A DNA stretch of 62,427 nucleotides, the filler included. It is 8 parts of 8 records of this genome, joined end to end, with 100 filler letters (N's around TTAATTAATTAA, not from the genome) between each part and the next. Parts side by side here need not be neighbours in the genome. Positions count along the whole stretch, not along the records: positions 36,577 to 42,312 come from SRR31156797_46351; positions 42,413 to 47,863 come from SRR31156797_46362; positions 47,964 to 56,094 come from SRR31156797_46404; 5 more parts are not named here. One strand, given 5' to 3'. How positions within the stretch are numbered: position 1 is the first letter of the stretch; every line of letters begins with the position of its first letter. Made by a program: the position numbers and the translations under genes. This document shows, in pieces, positions 40,118 through 50,651 of the stretch. The notes under the pieces are model-generated. The model was not told the DNA's origin. It searched no databases and saw only the letters and a program-made list of their open reading frames with translations.

Positions 40118-42312
40118 TCAATCCATCTCCAGCGTAGCCTTGAGCACGTCCCGGGTGTTGCGCACGAAGGTGAAGGTCAGACCCTTCTTGGCTTCCTTGG
40201 GAATTTCAGGGACATCCTTTTTGTTGCGGTCTGGAAGAATGACGGTTTTGATCCCGGCCTGCTTGGCGGCCAGGACCTTCTCCTTGAGCCCGCCGATGGG
40301 CAGGACCAGGCCGCGCAGCGTGATTTCGCCCGTCATGGCGACGTCGGGCCGCATCGGTTTCTGCAGGAGCAGGCTGACCAGGGATGTGAACATGGCCACT
40401 CCGGCGCTCGGTCCGTCTTTGGGAATGGCTCCGGCCGGCACGTGGATGTGGAAATCCTGCTTGGCGAACTGCGTTTCGTCGATGCCGAGTCGCCCGGCGT
40501 TCGCCTTGACGACGGAGAATGCCGCCTGAGCGCTCTCTTTCATGACATCCCCGATCTGGCCGGTCAGTTGCAGTTGTCCCTTGCCTGGCATGGTGGCTGA
40601 TTCGATGAACAGCAACTCACCCCCAACCGGCGTGTAGGCCAGGCCCGTCGCGACGCCCGGAATGCCCGCCCGCAAGGCCAGTTCCGATTCGTACTGGGCC
40701 GGCCCCAGAATATCGGCCAGATGCTTCTTCATGATCGTGGCGCGGCGCTTGGTCTTCTTGGCGATTTCGGTCGCGATGGCCCGGCACACGGCGGCCAGGT
40801 TCCGCTCCAGGTTCCGCACGCCCGCCTCACGCGTATAGCTCTGGATGATGGCGGCAATGGCGTCGTCTTTGATGGTCAGTCGTGCTTTGCTCAGACCGTG
40901 TTCCTTGAGCTGACGTGGAACCAGGTAGCGCTTGGCGATGCTCAGTTTTTCGTTCGCGGTGTACCCGGGCAGTTCGATCACTTCCATTCGATCGAAGAGG
41001 GCCGGCGGGATCGGTCCGGTGTAGTTGGCCGTCCCGATGAACATGACCCCGGAAAGGTCGAACGGCTGGTCCAGGTAGTGGTCGGTGAAGCTGCTGTTCT
41101 GCTCGGGGTCCAGCACTTCCAGCAGGGCGCTGGCCGGGTCGCCGCGGAAATCGGCGCCGATTTTGTCCAGTTCGTCCAGCATGAACACCGGATTGCGACT
41201 CTGACACTTACGCAGTTCCTGCACCACCCGCCCGGGCAGGGCACCGATATACGTTCGGCGGTGGCCTCGGATGTCGGCTTCGTCGCGGATGCCGCCCAGC
41301 GAAACACGGACGAACTTGCGTCCCATCGAGCGGGCGATGGATTTGCCCAGCGAGGTCTTGCCCACGCCGGGGGGGCCGACAAAGCAGAGGATGGGACTCT
41401 TGCCCTTGGGGTTGAGTTTCCGCACGGCCAGGAACTCGAGGATGCGCTTCTTGATCTTCTTGAGATCGTAATGATCGCGATTGAGAATACGCTCCGCCTG
41501 GCCAATATCAATGCGGTCCTCGGTCTGGAGCGACCAGGGCAATTCGCAGATCCAGTCCAGATACGTGCGAATCACACTGTACTCGGGCGAGGCGGCGGGG
41601 ATCTTGCTGAGGCGATCCAGCTCGCGCAACGCCTCGGCCTCGACCTTCTTGGGCATCTTGGCCTCGGCGATATTCTGGCGCAGCTCCCGTAGCTCCTCCG
41701 TCCGGACATCCTGCTGGCCCAGTTCGGATTGGATGGCCTTGAGCTGCTCCTGCAGGAAATACTCACGCTGGCTCTTGTCGACTGAATCGCGGACGCGCCC
41801 CTGGATCTTATGACTCAGTTCCAGCACCTCCAGCTGGTGAGCCAGAATGACCGAAATCTCCTTGAGGCGCTTGGTCGGGTTCAACTCCTCCAGCAGTTCC
41901 TGTTTCTTGGCGATGTCCATATTGAGATTGGCGGCCAGGAAGTCGGCCAGGGCCGAGGGGTCCTCGATGTTCTCCAGCAGCACTGACGCCTCCTCCGAGA
42001 CGCTCGGGCTCAGTGCCACGATGCGGTTGGCGCTCTGCCGGACGCTGACCATCAGGGCCTGGAGCTGTTTGGTCATCCTGGCCGTGACGGAGAGCATCTT
42101 GATCTTCGCCTTCAGATAGGGTTCCGTCGCGATGGGCTTGGTGATCTTGAATCGCGCGATCCCATGGACGAAGATGTTGACGGACCCCTGGGGCATCTTG
42201 ATGACCTTCAGCACGGAGGCGGCGGTGCCCACGGTATAGAGCTGCCGAAACCCCGGCTTGTCGGTGTCAGGATTCCGCTGGGTCACAAGGCCGATCAGCG
42301 ATTCGTTCGGGA
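40118..42312 (-). CDS. lon: Lon protease (5' truncated)
   Basis: GPPGVGKTS, DELDK, PKDGPSAG (catalytic Ser), GGLKEK (catalytic Lys). Confidence 0.97.
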
Positions 42313-42412
42313 NNNNNNNNNNNNNNNNNNNNNNNNNNNNNNNNNNNNNNNNNNNNTTAATTAATTAANNNNNNNNNNNNNNNNNNNNNNNNNNNNNNNN
42401 NNNNNNNNNNNN
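42313..42412. other. Artificial contig spacer
   Basis: N44-TTAATTAATTAA-N44. Confidence 0.99.
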
Positions 42413-43242
42413 CAAATGTCGGTAATGTCTACTGGGATAATGCTAACTGGCACTGGGGAAGCAAGTTGTTTTTCTCAAAATATCCAACCGATTTTTATGG
42501 AATTGGAAATCACACGAAGCTGTCAAATGAAGAGGTTTTTGAGCCCTTTAGCTTTGACTTTGAAAATGACTTTAATTACCGTCTGTGGCGCGCACTTTAC
42601 GGTGGAGTTACACTTATTCAGGGATACTACAAGCTACTTGATAAGAAGAAAGACGGACTCGCAGACAAGTATTTTCAGTCAAGAAGAAAAGAGGGGTTTG
42701 TTTCAGGGTTTGGTCTTAAACTAAATTATGATTCAAGAGACGATTCATTTTTTCCAACTAAAGGGATCAAAGGAGAGCTGTCTTTTCAATATTTTCCTAC
42801 ATGGCTAGGCAGTCAGTATCGATTCTCAAAATTTGAACTGGATGTCAGAGGTTACATTCCTTTCGTTTTTAATAGCGTTTTAGCAATTCAGGCCCTTTTT
42901 GTAGCAGTTGAAGGAGCGGCCCCATTATCATTTCTTCCGGCACTTGGATCAAAAGATCTTCTTAGGGGTTATGCTGGTGGAAGATTTCGCGATAATATCT
43001 ATATAGCTGGACAGATGGAGTTAAGGATTCCTATCTGGTGGCGATTTGGAGCAGTACTTTTCTTCGGTGTTGGAAAAGTGCAAAATGAAATGATGGAGTT
43101 TTTCTTTAAAGATCTAAAATATGCCGGTGGTTTTGGCATTCGTTTTCAACTTAATGATAAAAAGAAAATAAATTTCAGATTTGATATGGGGTTCACCCCG
43201 GAAGGATTTAATTTTTACTTTAATCTTCTGGAAGCTTTCTAG
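42413..43242 (+). CDS. Omp85/BamA-TamA-like outer-membrane barrel (5' truncated)
   Basis: Frame open from the contig edge; YDSRDDSFFPTKG, LLRGY..GRFRD, terminal LEAF. Confidence 0.8.
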
Positions 43243-43245
43243 GAT

Positions 43246-43437
43246 CTAAACTGTAGTAAAAGGATCCGGTGGAGGTGGAGGTGGATCAGGATCTACCGGT
43301 GGTGACGGAGGAGGCTCCTGAATTCCGGCAATAACGATCTCTGTATCATAGGAGCTAATGTTCACGCTAGTAAACGCAAATGCTGCAAACAGTACTGTAA
43401 AAATTAGAAGTCTTGTGATCATGCAAACACCTTTCAT
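43246..43437 (-). CDS. Small secreted proline-rich peptide
   Basis: Hydrophobic N-terminus, acidic poly-Pro tail, GGAG RBS 7 nt before ATG, own near-consensus promoter. Confidence 0.65.
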   Translation of the reverse strand: MKGVCMITRLLIFTVLFAAFAFTSVNISSYDTEIVIAGIQEPPPSPPVDPDPPPPPPDPFTTV

Positions 43438-43465
43438 TATTCAACTCCACACATTCATCATTTAA

Positions 43466-43494
43466 ATTGTAGTCCATGTAAAATGATAAGTCAA
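43466..43494 (-). promoter_or_regulatory. Sigma-70 promoter of the Pro-rich peptide gene
   Basis: TTGACT-17 nt-TACAAT on the minus strand. Confidence 0.65.
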
Positions 43495-43599
43495 GTGTAG
43501 CAGGATAAAAATGATAGGAACTCGATTTGTAAAAAGGTAGTTCTTGTGTTAGTATTTCTCGATAAATTTGTTTTTAATAACCTGTAATAAATAGTCATT

Positions 43600-44142
43600 A
43601 TGGATAGCTCAGCAGCTTCACAGGGAACAAAGAAAAATATTCTTGAAAGTATAATCAGGCTTGTTGAAGAAAAAGGAACACTTGATCTTTCTATCAAAGA
43701 GCTTGCTAACGGTTGTAATCTGACCCCGGCTTCTCTTTATGCCTATTTTGAGTCCAAGAACGATCTTGTTGAAAGTGTAAGAAGGGAAATGTCAGAAAGA
43801 TTTGATTCTATTATTAATCTCCCGATACCTGAACGAATTCCGGAAAATATGAAGATAAAAATGTTAACGTTTTATATTTTTGATTTTGTGGACCGTAATA
43901 AATGGGCTGTTGAATATATTAATCCTTTTTCAGGTCATAAAAGCACCGAAGATCTTCTGAAAAGGATAGTATCTTTCTTGAAAGTCCATAACCGTAAAGG
44001 TTCTGAGTATGGCGTAGATTATAGAGGTTATACCTTTCTTGCAGGTGTTTATTTTAAGATCAGATACAGAATTATGAGAAACGAAAGTCCAACGGAGAGT
44101 GATATTGAAGATATTTCCTACTTTATGGAACTGCCTAAATAA
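43600..44142 (+). CDS. TetR/AcrR-family regulator
   Basis: N-terminal HTH LSIKELA...LTPASLYAYFESKNDL. Confidence 0.85.
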   Translation: MDSSAASQGTKKNILESIIRLVEEKGTLDLSIKELANGCNLTPASLYAYFESKNDLVESVRREMSERFDSIINLPIPERIPENMKIKMLTFYIFDFVDRNKWAVEYINPFSGHKSTEDLLKRIVSFLKVHNRKGSEYGVDYRGYTFLAGVYFKIRYRIMRNESPTESDIEDISYFMELPK

Positions 44143-44797
44143 ACCTGTTCTAATATTGTTTATGTTTGTTCCTTTTTTAATTTCTGCTGACATAATTGAT
44201 GAGCTTATTGAAAAGTACTCTGGGGTTTATCAAAAATATAACGGCATTAAAAGTGAAAGAGTTGTCACTGCAGTTTCTAAAGAACCTGAAACAGGAAAAA
44301 TTCTAAAGAAATTTAAAGCAACGATCGAAAGAAAAGATCATTTTTATAAAACTCCCGATATCAAAGCCCTGAAATATTTTGAAAATGGTAAGTTAGGCGA
44401 TCTTGATGACTATGATACCAGAGAAATTGAACCTTTCTATCCACTTTTTGATAAAAAGTCCAAAGCCAACTACGAATTTAAAAAGGTTGGAGAAAAAAAG
44501 ATCGGCAATTTGGAATGTCTTGAATATCAGGTTAATGCAAAAAAGAAAAGTGCAAGGCATTTTGTAGGTAAGATCTATATTGATAAGAAAAGTAAAACAC
44601 TTGTGAAACTTCAAGGAACTCTGGCAAAAAGGCATTGGGCACTAAAAAAATATGATTTTGTTTTTTACTACATAGATAAGTCCGGTTTTCCCGTAATTAC
44701 TAGCGGAATCGTCAAAGCAAGAGTTAAGGTTTTTCTTATAATTAGTGATAATATCACAGACTACAAAATCAAAGTTAAGAGTTCTAAGTTTTTCTAA
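44099..44797 (+). CDS. Hypothetical exported protein (start uncertain; LolA/MucB-like beta fold possible)
   Basis: Signal-peptide-like stretch, beta-rich body with YEFKKVG...GKIYIDK. Confidence 0.6.
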   Translation: MILKIFPTLWNCLNKPVLILFMFVPFLISADIIDELIEKYSGVYQKYNGIKSERVVTAVSKEPETGKILKKFKATIERKDHFYKTPDIKALKYFENGKLGDLDDYDTREIEPFYPLFDKKSKANYEFKKVGEKKIGNLECLEYQVNAKKKSARHFVGKIYIDKKSKTLVKLQGTLAKRHWALKKYDFVFYYIDKSGFPVITSGIVKARVKVFLIISDNITDYKIKVKSSKFF

Positions 44798-44808
44798 TTG
44801 ATTATTGA

Positions 44809-46308
44809 TCAAGTTCCAATATGAATATGGGTGTTGTGATTCGGGAGTCCATTTCCGTAAACATAGTACTCAATGAATTCAAGCTCTTCATCGCTTACAT
44901 GATTTATATCACTGGGGTCAAGTTCGTTATAGATCCGTGCCTGTTTTATAATTTCTTCAGCGATTAGCCAGTCAACAATGAATAACCCGGAAAAAACACT
45001 AGTGTTATATAGAGATTGAATGAAGAAAAGTTGCTTGTCTATGTCTACAAGGTGTTTGGTCCTGTCTTCTTCTTTACACTCCATTGAATAGATCGAAGGT
45101 GCTTCATTGCAAATATTTCTAAAACTGTTGTCGTTGTTTTTTTGAAAGAATGATATATCGATTGCTTTACCATCTGTATGGTTTGCATAAGAGTTGTAGG
45201 AGAATGAACCTCCCATATCAGCTCCTGGTGATAAACCATTTTTCTGACTGACAATACTTATCCAAATCGGATTTGTGCCCGGATAAGCCTCCATAGTATT
45301 TTTTATAGCATATCTCGTTGCCATAATGATCTCACGAGACCCGAATCTGTAATTAACCAGTGTGGCGAACCTGTAGTTGTCTGCAGGATTTTCACTGTTT
45401 GTATCTGGAATTGGAAACTGCAGAATCTCATCGCATTCTTCTCTTGTAAATCCGCTTGCTATGCAGTTTTTTCCATCTTTATAATCAAGAAATCTTATTG
45501 TAATTTTATAAGAGTTCTGATTGCTTTCATTTCCTGAAACCGACAGGTGGTATGATTTTGCTTCATCTTTTGAAAAGATAGCAACACACTCAAGTCCTGT
45601 GTTGAAAACGTCATAATCTTCATCGGGGTCAACAGTATCGGGGTTTCTCGAGGCGATTAGCTGACGATCTTTATCAAAAAGTTTTAGGTTTATATCGCCA
45701 GACGGCTGATAGTAGACAATACATGCTTCCATATATTTTCCTTTATTTACATCAACTTTAAACCAGTCTTCGTTATCTCCACAGATAAAAAGGTCTTTCT
45801 CAATGTCAGAAACTACCTCAAAAGGGGTGTCGGAAAGATTAGAATCAAGCTCATCTTTTTCTGAGCATTTAATTTTTTCGGTATATTTTGAACATGCTGA
45901 ATTCAGAAACTGTCCATCGTTATTTATACAAGATAGATCGTAGTCGCTCACTCCTTCACAGTTATCAGTCTTACTAGAGATCACACGAAATTTTTTAAAA
46001 CAGAGATCATTATCAAAAAGTGGGGTCTCTTTGCAGATAAAAGCAGTTGGACAACCGTACTCACATGACTCTGTTTCAAGTCCGCAAATTCCGTAAATGC
46101 ACACTCCTCTAAGATCATTTGCTCCTTCACATTCATCATCACAGGCACAAAGTTCTCCGGGGGTTTTAGGAACTTCTTTTAATGTATCTGTGTCAACATC
46201 CGATATGCTGTCTGAACTTTTATCCTGGTCCGTTTCATTTTCAATCTTCACTTTGCATGATTGAAATAAAAGAACCAATAAGATCATGAATGCTGAGTTA
46301 AACTTCAT
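44809..46308 (-). CDS. Cys-rich lipoprotein with PPC-like domain and C-terminal MepA/LAS-type zinc peptidase
   Basis: Lipobox LFQSC; C-x-C-DDEC...C.YG.C; DNEDWFKV...GDINLKLFD; H-x6-D (HTDGKAID) and H-x-H (HIH). Confidence 0.7.
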   Translation of the reverse strand: MKFNSAFMILLVLLFQSCKVKIENETDQDKSSDSISDVDTDTLKEVPKTPGELCACDDECEGANDLRGVCIYGICGLETESCEYGCPTAFICKETPLFDNDLCFKKFRVISSKTDNCEGVSDYDLSCINNDGQFLNSACSKYTEKIKCSEKDELDSNLSDTPFEVVSDIEKDLFICGDNEDWFKVDVNKGKYMEACIVYYQPSGDINLKLFDKDRQLIASRNPDTVDPDEDYDVFNTGLECVAIFSKDEAKSYHLSVSGNESNQNSYKITIRFLDYKDGKNCIASGFTREECDEILQFPIPDTNSENPADNYRFATLVNYRFGSREIIMATRYAIKNTMEAYPGTNPIWISIVSQKNGLSPGADMGGSFSYNSYANHTDGKAIDISFFQKNNDNSFRNICNEAPSIYSMECKEEDRTKHLVDIDKQLFFIQSLYNTSVFSGLFIVDWLIAEEIIKQARIYNELDPSDINHVSDEELEFIEYYVYGNGLPNHNTHIHIGT

Positions 46309-46480
46309 AAGTCTATAATTCCTTTAATCTAATAATTTTCTTCAAAATTGCCTTAAATAACTTTAGTTTATGAGCCGTAAAATTGCAAGTACATGAAATC
46401 TCATAAATTGATTTTTTTTGGAATAAATATACCATCTCATCTGTTTTAAAACTGTTTTTTTGGAATAACGGAGGGGTTAC

Positions 46481-47458
46481 ATGGAATTCTCTGAGATTAA
46501 TGAAAGGATTCGTCAGCAGGCAACTGGTGTTAACGCACTGAGAACGGAGATCTCAAAGATCATAGTTGGTCAGCAGGACATGGTCGATTCTCTGATCATG
46601 GGTATAATCGGTGGTGGTCATATTCTTTTAGAAGGTGTTCCGGGGCTTGCAAAGACAACAGCTGTAAAGGCTTTTGCTCAGGCAACAGATTTGGATTTTA
46701 CAAGAATTCAGTTCACTCCTGATCTTCTTCCCGCTGATATAATCGGAAGTCGTATCTACAATATGAATGAAAGGAACTTCGATGTTAAAAAGGGCGTTGT
46801 TTTCTCAAATGTTGTTCTTGCCGATGAGATCAACAGAGCTCCTGCAAAAGTTCAGTCGGCCCTTCTTGAAGCTATGCAGGAAAGACATGTCACAATAGGT
46901 GATCAGACTTTTCCTCTTCCTGATCCTTTTATAGTTCTAGCAACTCAGAATCCGCTGGAGCAGGAAGGAACTTATCCTCTTCCGGAAGCGCAGGTGGATA
47001 GATTTATGTTTAAGGTGCTTATCGATTATCCGACAGAAGATGAAGAGCTTAGAATTATTGAGAAATTTGAAAAGAAAGAGCTTGATTTAAAGCTTCAGAA
47101 AATTCTTGAAAAAGATCATATAAAGCAGTGGCAGGAAACTGTCGGAATGATATATACCGATGAAAGGATAAAGAAGTATGTTATTTCAATAGTTTTTGCA
47201 ACAAGAGAGCCTAAAGATAAGCAGCTTGCACAGTTAATTGACGTTGGTGCAAGTCCTAGAGCTAGTATTTTTCTCCTTCTTGCAGGCAGGATCAGAGCTT
47301 TTATGGAGGGCAGAAATTTTGTTACTCCTGAAGATATTAAAGAGGTCGCTTATCCTGTTCTTCGCCACAGACTTATTCCATCTTTTGAAGCTGAGGCTGA
47401 AAAGATATCAACAGACAGAATAATTACAGAGTTGTTAAATAGAGTTGAGGTTCCTTAA
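46481..47458 (+). CDS. moxR: MoxR-family AAA+ ATPase
   Basis: EGVPGLAKT, RIQFTPDLLPADI, LADEINRAPAKVQSALLEAMQE, ATQNPLEQEGTYPLPEAQVDRF. Confidence 0.95.
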   Translation: MEFSEINERIRQQATGVNALRTEISKIIVGQQDMVDSLIMGIIGGGHILLEGVPGLAKTTAVKAFAQATDLDFTRIQFTPDLLPADIIGSRIYNMNERNFDVKKGVVFSNVVLADEINRAPAKVQSALLEAMQERHVTIGDQTFPLPDPFIVLATQNPLEQEGTYPLPEAQVDRFMFKVLIDYPTEDEELRIIEKFEKKELDLKLQKILEKDHIKQWQETVGMIYTDERIKKYVISIVFATREPKDKQLAQLIDVGASPRASIFLLLAGRIRAFMEGRNFVTPEDIKEVAYPVLRHRLIPSFEAEAEKISTDRIITELLNRVEVP

Positions 47459-47461
47459 ACC

Positions 47462-47863
47462 ATGCTCAACGAAGAACTATTAAAAAAAATAAGACTTATT
47501 GAGCTTAATGTAAGAAAAAAGGTCGACAACTATCTTCAGGGTTCGTACCACACTCTTTTTAAAGGCCAGGGACTCGAATTTCAGGAGGTAAGAGAATATA
47601 CCGACAGTGATGATGCCAGAATGATCGACTGGAATGTTACAGCAAGAATGAACAAACCTTTTGTTAAGCTCTTTCGTGAAGAGCGCGAACTTACGGTCAT
47701 GATCGTTGCAGATATTTCCGGATCAACTCTTTTTGGAATGTCGTACAGTGTTCAGGAAATAATGGCAACCATTTCTGCAGCACTTACTTTTAGTGCAATA
47801 AAAAATAATGATAAAGTCGGACTTCTTCTTTTTTCAGACAGGGTTGAAGAGTATATCCCTCCA
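47462..47863 (+). CDS. DUF58 (vWA-like) MoxR partner, 3' truncated
   Basis: FKGQGLEFQEVREY, IDWNVTAR, FREERE, DISGS. Confidence 0.92.
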
Positions 47864-47963
47864 NNNNNNNNNNNNNNNNNNNNNNNNNNNNNNNNNNNNN
47901 NNNNNNNTTAATTAATTAANNNNNNNNNNNNNNNNNNNNNNNNNNNNNNNNNNNNNNNNNNNN
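47864..47963. other. Artificial contig spacer
   Basis: N44-TTAATTAATTAA-N44. Confidence 0.99.
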
Positions 47964-49044
47964 GGACAAGGCCATTGGGACGCTGAACGGCTGTCATGAA
48001 CTGGGTCAGGTTTTTCTGGGTAAAGCCCAGTTTGGTCAGGTCGACATTCAGCCCGCTCTTATCCAAAATACGCAAAACGACTGATTCGCCGAAAAGCGTC
48101 GGCAAGGCGGACACACGAAAGTCGACTTCTTTTCTTCTGCCGAGTTTCATCTTGATGCGTCCGTCCTGTGGAACCCGCTTTTCGGTAATGTCCAGTTGGG
48201 CCATGATTTTGAAGCGGGCTATCAGGGCGTTTTTGATTTCCATGGGCAGCTTCATGCTTTTGAAGAGGGCCCCGTCCATTCTGTACCGGACGTAAAACTG
48301 CTTTTCAAAAGGTTCGATATGAACGTCCGAAACCCCGCTGGTTATGGCCTTGACCAGAATCTGGTTGACGAGCTTGATAATGGGGGCGTCGGAAGCTGAA
48401 AATTGATCGCCGCCGAAATCTTCGTCTTCATCCGATGCCACGACAAAATCTTCAACCGCGTCGGAAATCAATTCACCCAGGTTTTCGACAGTGGCCGGAG
48501 CTTCTTCTTCTTCCGCGGCTGCCGCCCCGAAAAATAAATTATATTCCTCTTCACTGATTTTATAATATTTTTTATAAGCCTCGATTATTTCCTTTTCCAT
48601 GGCCACGGCAGCCTGGACCGGGACCTTGACTGCTGCTTTAATTTCTTCGATAGCTATGGAGTTTGTGGGTTCGGTCATGGCAATGGTCAGATTGCCTCTT
48701 TTCATTTGAACCGGAAAAGCGAAAAATTTCTTGGCGGTTTCGTACGGAAGCATGTTGATTAATTTGGGGTCTATTTCACGCTCCGAAATGCCGATGACCG
48801 CATAATTGTATTGCCTGGAAAGTAGACTGGGGATGGTGTTGTCTTCTATGTCGCCATTGTGAAGAAGATAGGAACCGATGAATCCGCCGTTTTTCTTAAC
48901 GTGGTCCATGGCCTCGTCAAGTTGGCGTCCGGTGATCTGTCCTGCCTTAGACAGATATTCACCGACCAGGAATTTATATTCTTCGGGGCTGGTGTCCTTT
49001 ATGGTTCCAGCCAGACTTCCCTGCCTTCTAGTTGGTTCAGCCAT
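47964..49044 (-). CDS. pilB: Type IV pilus assembly ATPase PilB (GspE family), 3' truncated
   Basis: DAPIIKLVN, SDVHIEP, RYRMDG, DITEKRVPQDGRI, RVSALPTLFGESVVLRILD; truncated just before Walker A. Confidence 0.9.
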
Positions 49045-49576
49045 TTATCATCTCCCGACATTCAGGCCGTTTTCAAACCACGATCTAAAACAATAGACGT
49101 TATTGTTCCGACCGGCGCCTCTTCACAAAACTTCACCCCGGAAATGTTATATATTCCTAATAAGGGGTAAACCGTCCAATCAATCCTCACAAGCAATGCA
49201 CTAGTATATTATATTATAAACTCAACAGTATGGGCAAGTTTAAATCGGTTTTTTCACAAACCTTCTTTAAAAAGCTTTTTGGCGGCCGCGGTGATTGTGA
49301 AAAATAGCCGCCAGATATAAACAGACGCAAATCCAACTTCAGCCTACAATATTTGTATTAAAAAATCAGATAAGAATCAATATTTTAACTTGCAGGAAAC
49401 GCTCTTTATTGACAAAGTAATCCGGCAAGCTACATACTTATAAGTTCAGGTCGGGCCTGGACGCTCCCTGGCGCCCGGGTAAAGAAACCTGGCGAGCGTG
49501 AGTTTAATTGTTTGCGCTTGCTGAAATAATTACGTTTTTTCCGTGTTCGGACTGAAATATTCTACATGGCGGTAAA

Positions 49577-50650
49577 TTGTTGATGGCGAGACGCCTGACA
49601 AAAAAAATAATCCTCGGCGACGTGTCCATAGGCGGCGGTTCGGAGATAAGGGTTCAATCCATGACCAATGTCGACACCCGGGACCGGGAAGCGACGCTGA
49701 ACCAGATAAACGGCCTGGCCGAACAAGGTTGTGAGATAATAAGGGTCGCGGTTCCGGACCAGGAGGCGGCCGGAAACCTGGATTGGATAAAGGAGCGCAT
49801 TGCGATTCCGCTGATCGCGGATATACATTTCGATCATCGTCTGGCCCTGGCAGCCCTTGAACGGGGCGTGGACGGACTTAGAATTAATCCAGGCAATATC
49901 GGCGGCCCCGATGAAGTTGAAAAGATCGCCAGGTCGGCTTTAAATCGTTCCGTCCCGATCAGGGTGGGGGTCAACTCCGGATCCCTGGAAAAGGATCTTT
50001 TGGAGAAGCATGGAAAGCCGACGCCCGAAGCAATGGTAGAGAGCGCTTTAAGAAAAACGGCCATGCTTGAGGCCCATGATTTTGATTTAATAAAAATATC
50101 TCTCAAGTCGTCGAATGTTTTGGATACGGTCAAGGCGTACCGCCTGATGTCTGAAGCATCGGACTATCCATTACATCTCGGCGTAACTGAAGCCGGAACC
50201 CTTATCGCGGGTACTGTCAAATCGTCTTTGGGCATCGGCCTTCTATTAGCAGAAGGAATAGGCGATACTTTCAGAGTGTCGCTGACCCGCGATCCGGTTG
50301 AGGAAATTCGAGTCGCTTATGAAATACTCAGGGCCCTGGACATCAGGCACAGAGGTCCGGAAATAATATCCTGCCCGACCTGCGGCCGGACGGAAATAGA
50401 TCTGTTTTCACTGGTTGAAAAAGTGGAAGCCGCGCTGTCCGGCATCGAAACGCCCATAAAAGCAGCGGTTATGGGGTGCGTGGTCAATGGACCCGGGGAA
50501 GCCCGTGAAGCCGATGTCGGAATTGCAGGCGGCAGAGGACAGGGCATTCTGTTCAGGCGAGGCGAAGTCATAAGAAAAATTCCCGAGGCGGATCTGGCGG
50601 ACGCTCTTGTTGCCGAGGTCCTGGACTTGGTTAAAAAGAAAGGAATATAG
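49577..50650 (+). CDS. ispG: (E)-4-hydroxy-3-methylbut-2-enyl-diphosphate synthase
   Basis: VQSMTN, ADIHF, RINPGNIG, HLGVTEAG, SCPTCGR, MGCVVNGPGE. Confidence 0.97.
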   Translation: MLMARRLTKKIILGDVSIGGGSEIRVQSMTNVDTRDREATLNQINGLAEQGCEIIRVAVPDQEAAGNLDWIKERIAIPLIADIHFDHRLALAALERGVDGLRINPGNIGGPDEVEKIARSALNRSVPIRVGVNSGSLEKDLLEKHGKPTPEAMVESALRKTAMLEAHDFDLIKISLKSSNVLDTVKAYRLMSEASDYPLHLGVTEAGTLIAGTVKSSLGIGLLLAEGIGDTFRVSLTRDPVEEIRVAYEILRALDIRHRGPEIISCPTCGRTEIDLFSLVEKVEAALSGIETPIKAAVMGCVVNGPGEAREADVGIAGGRGQGILFRRGEVIRKIPEADLADALVAEVLDLVKKKGI

Positions 50651-50651
50651 G

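Noticed and set aside
39726-41692. 267-aa and 323-aa plus-strand ORFs
   Set aside because: Off-frame or antisense to folP and lon; low-complexity Arg/Ser/Ala content.
28872-43242. Two Omp85-like genes as a linked system
   Set aside because: They are on different contigs from different organisms.
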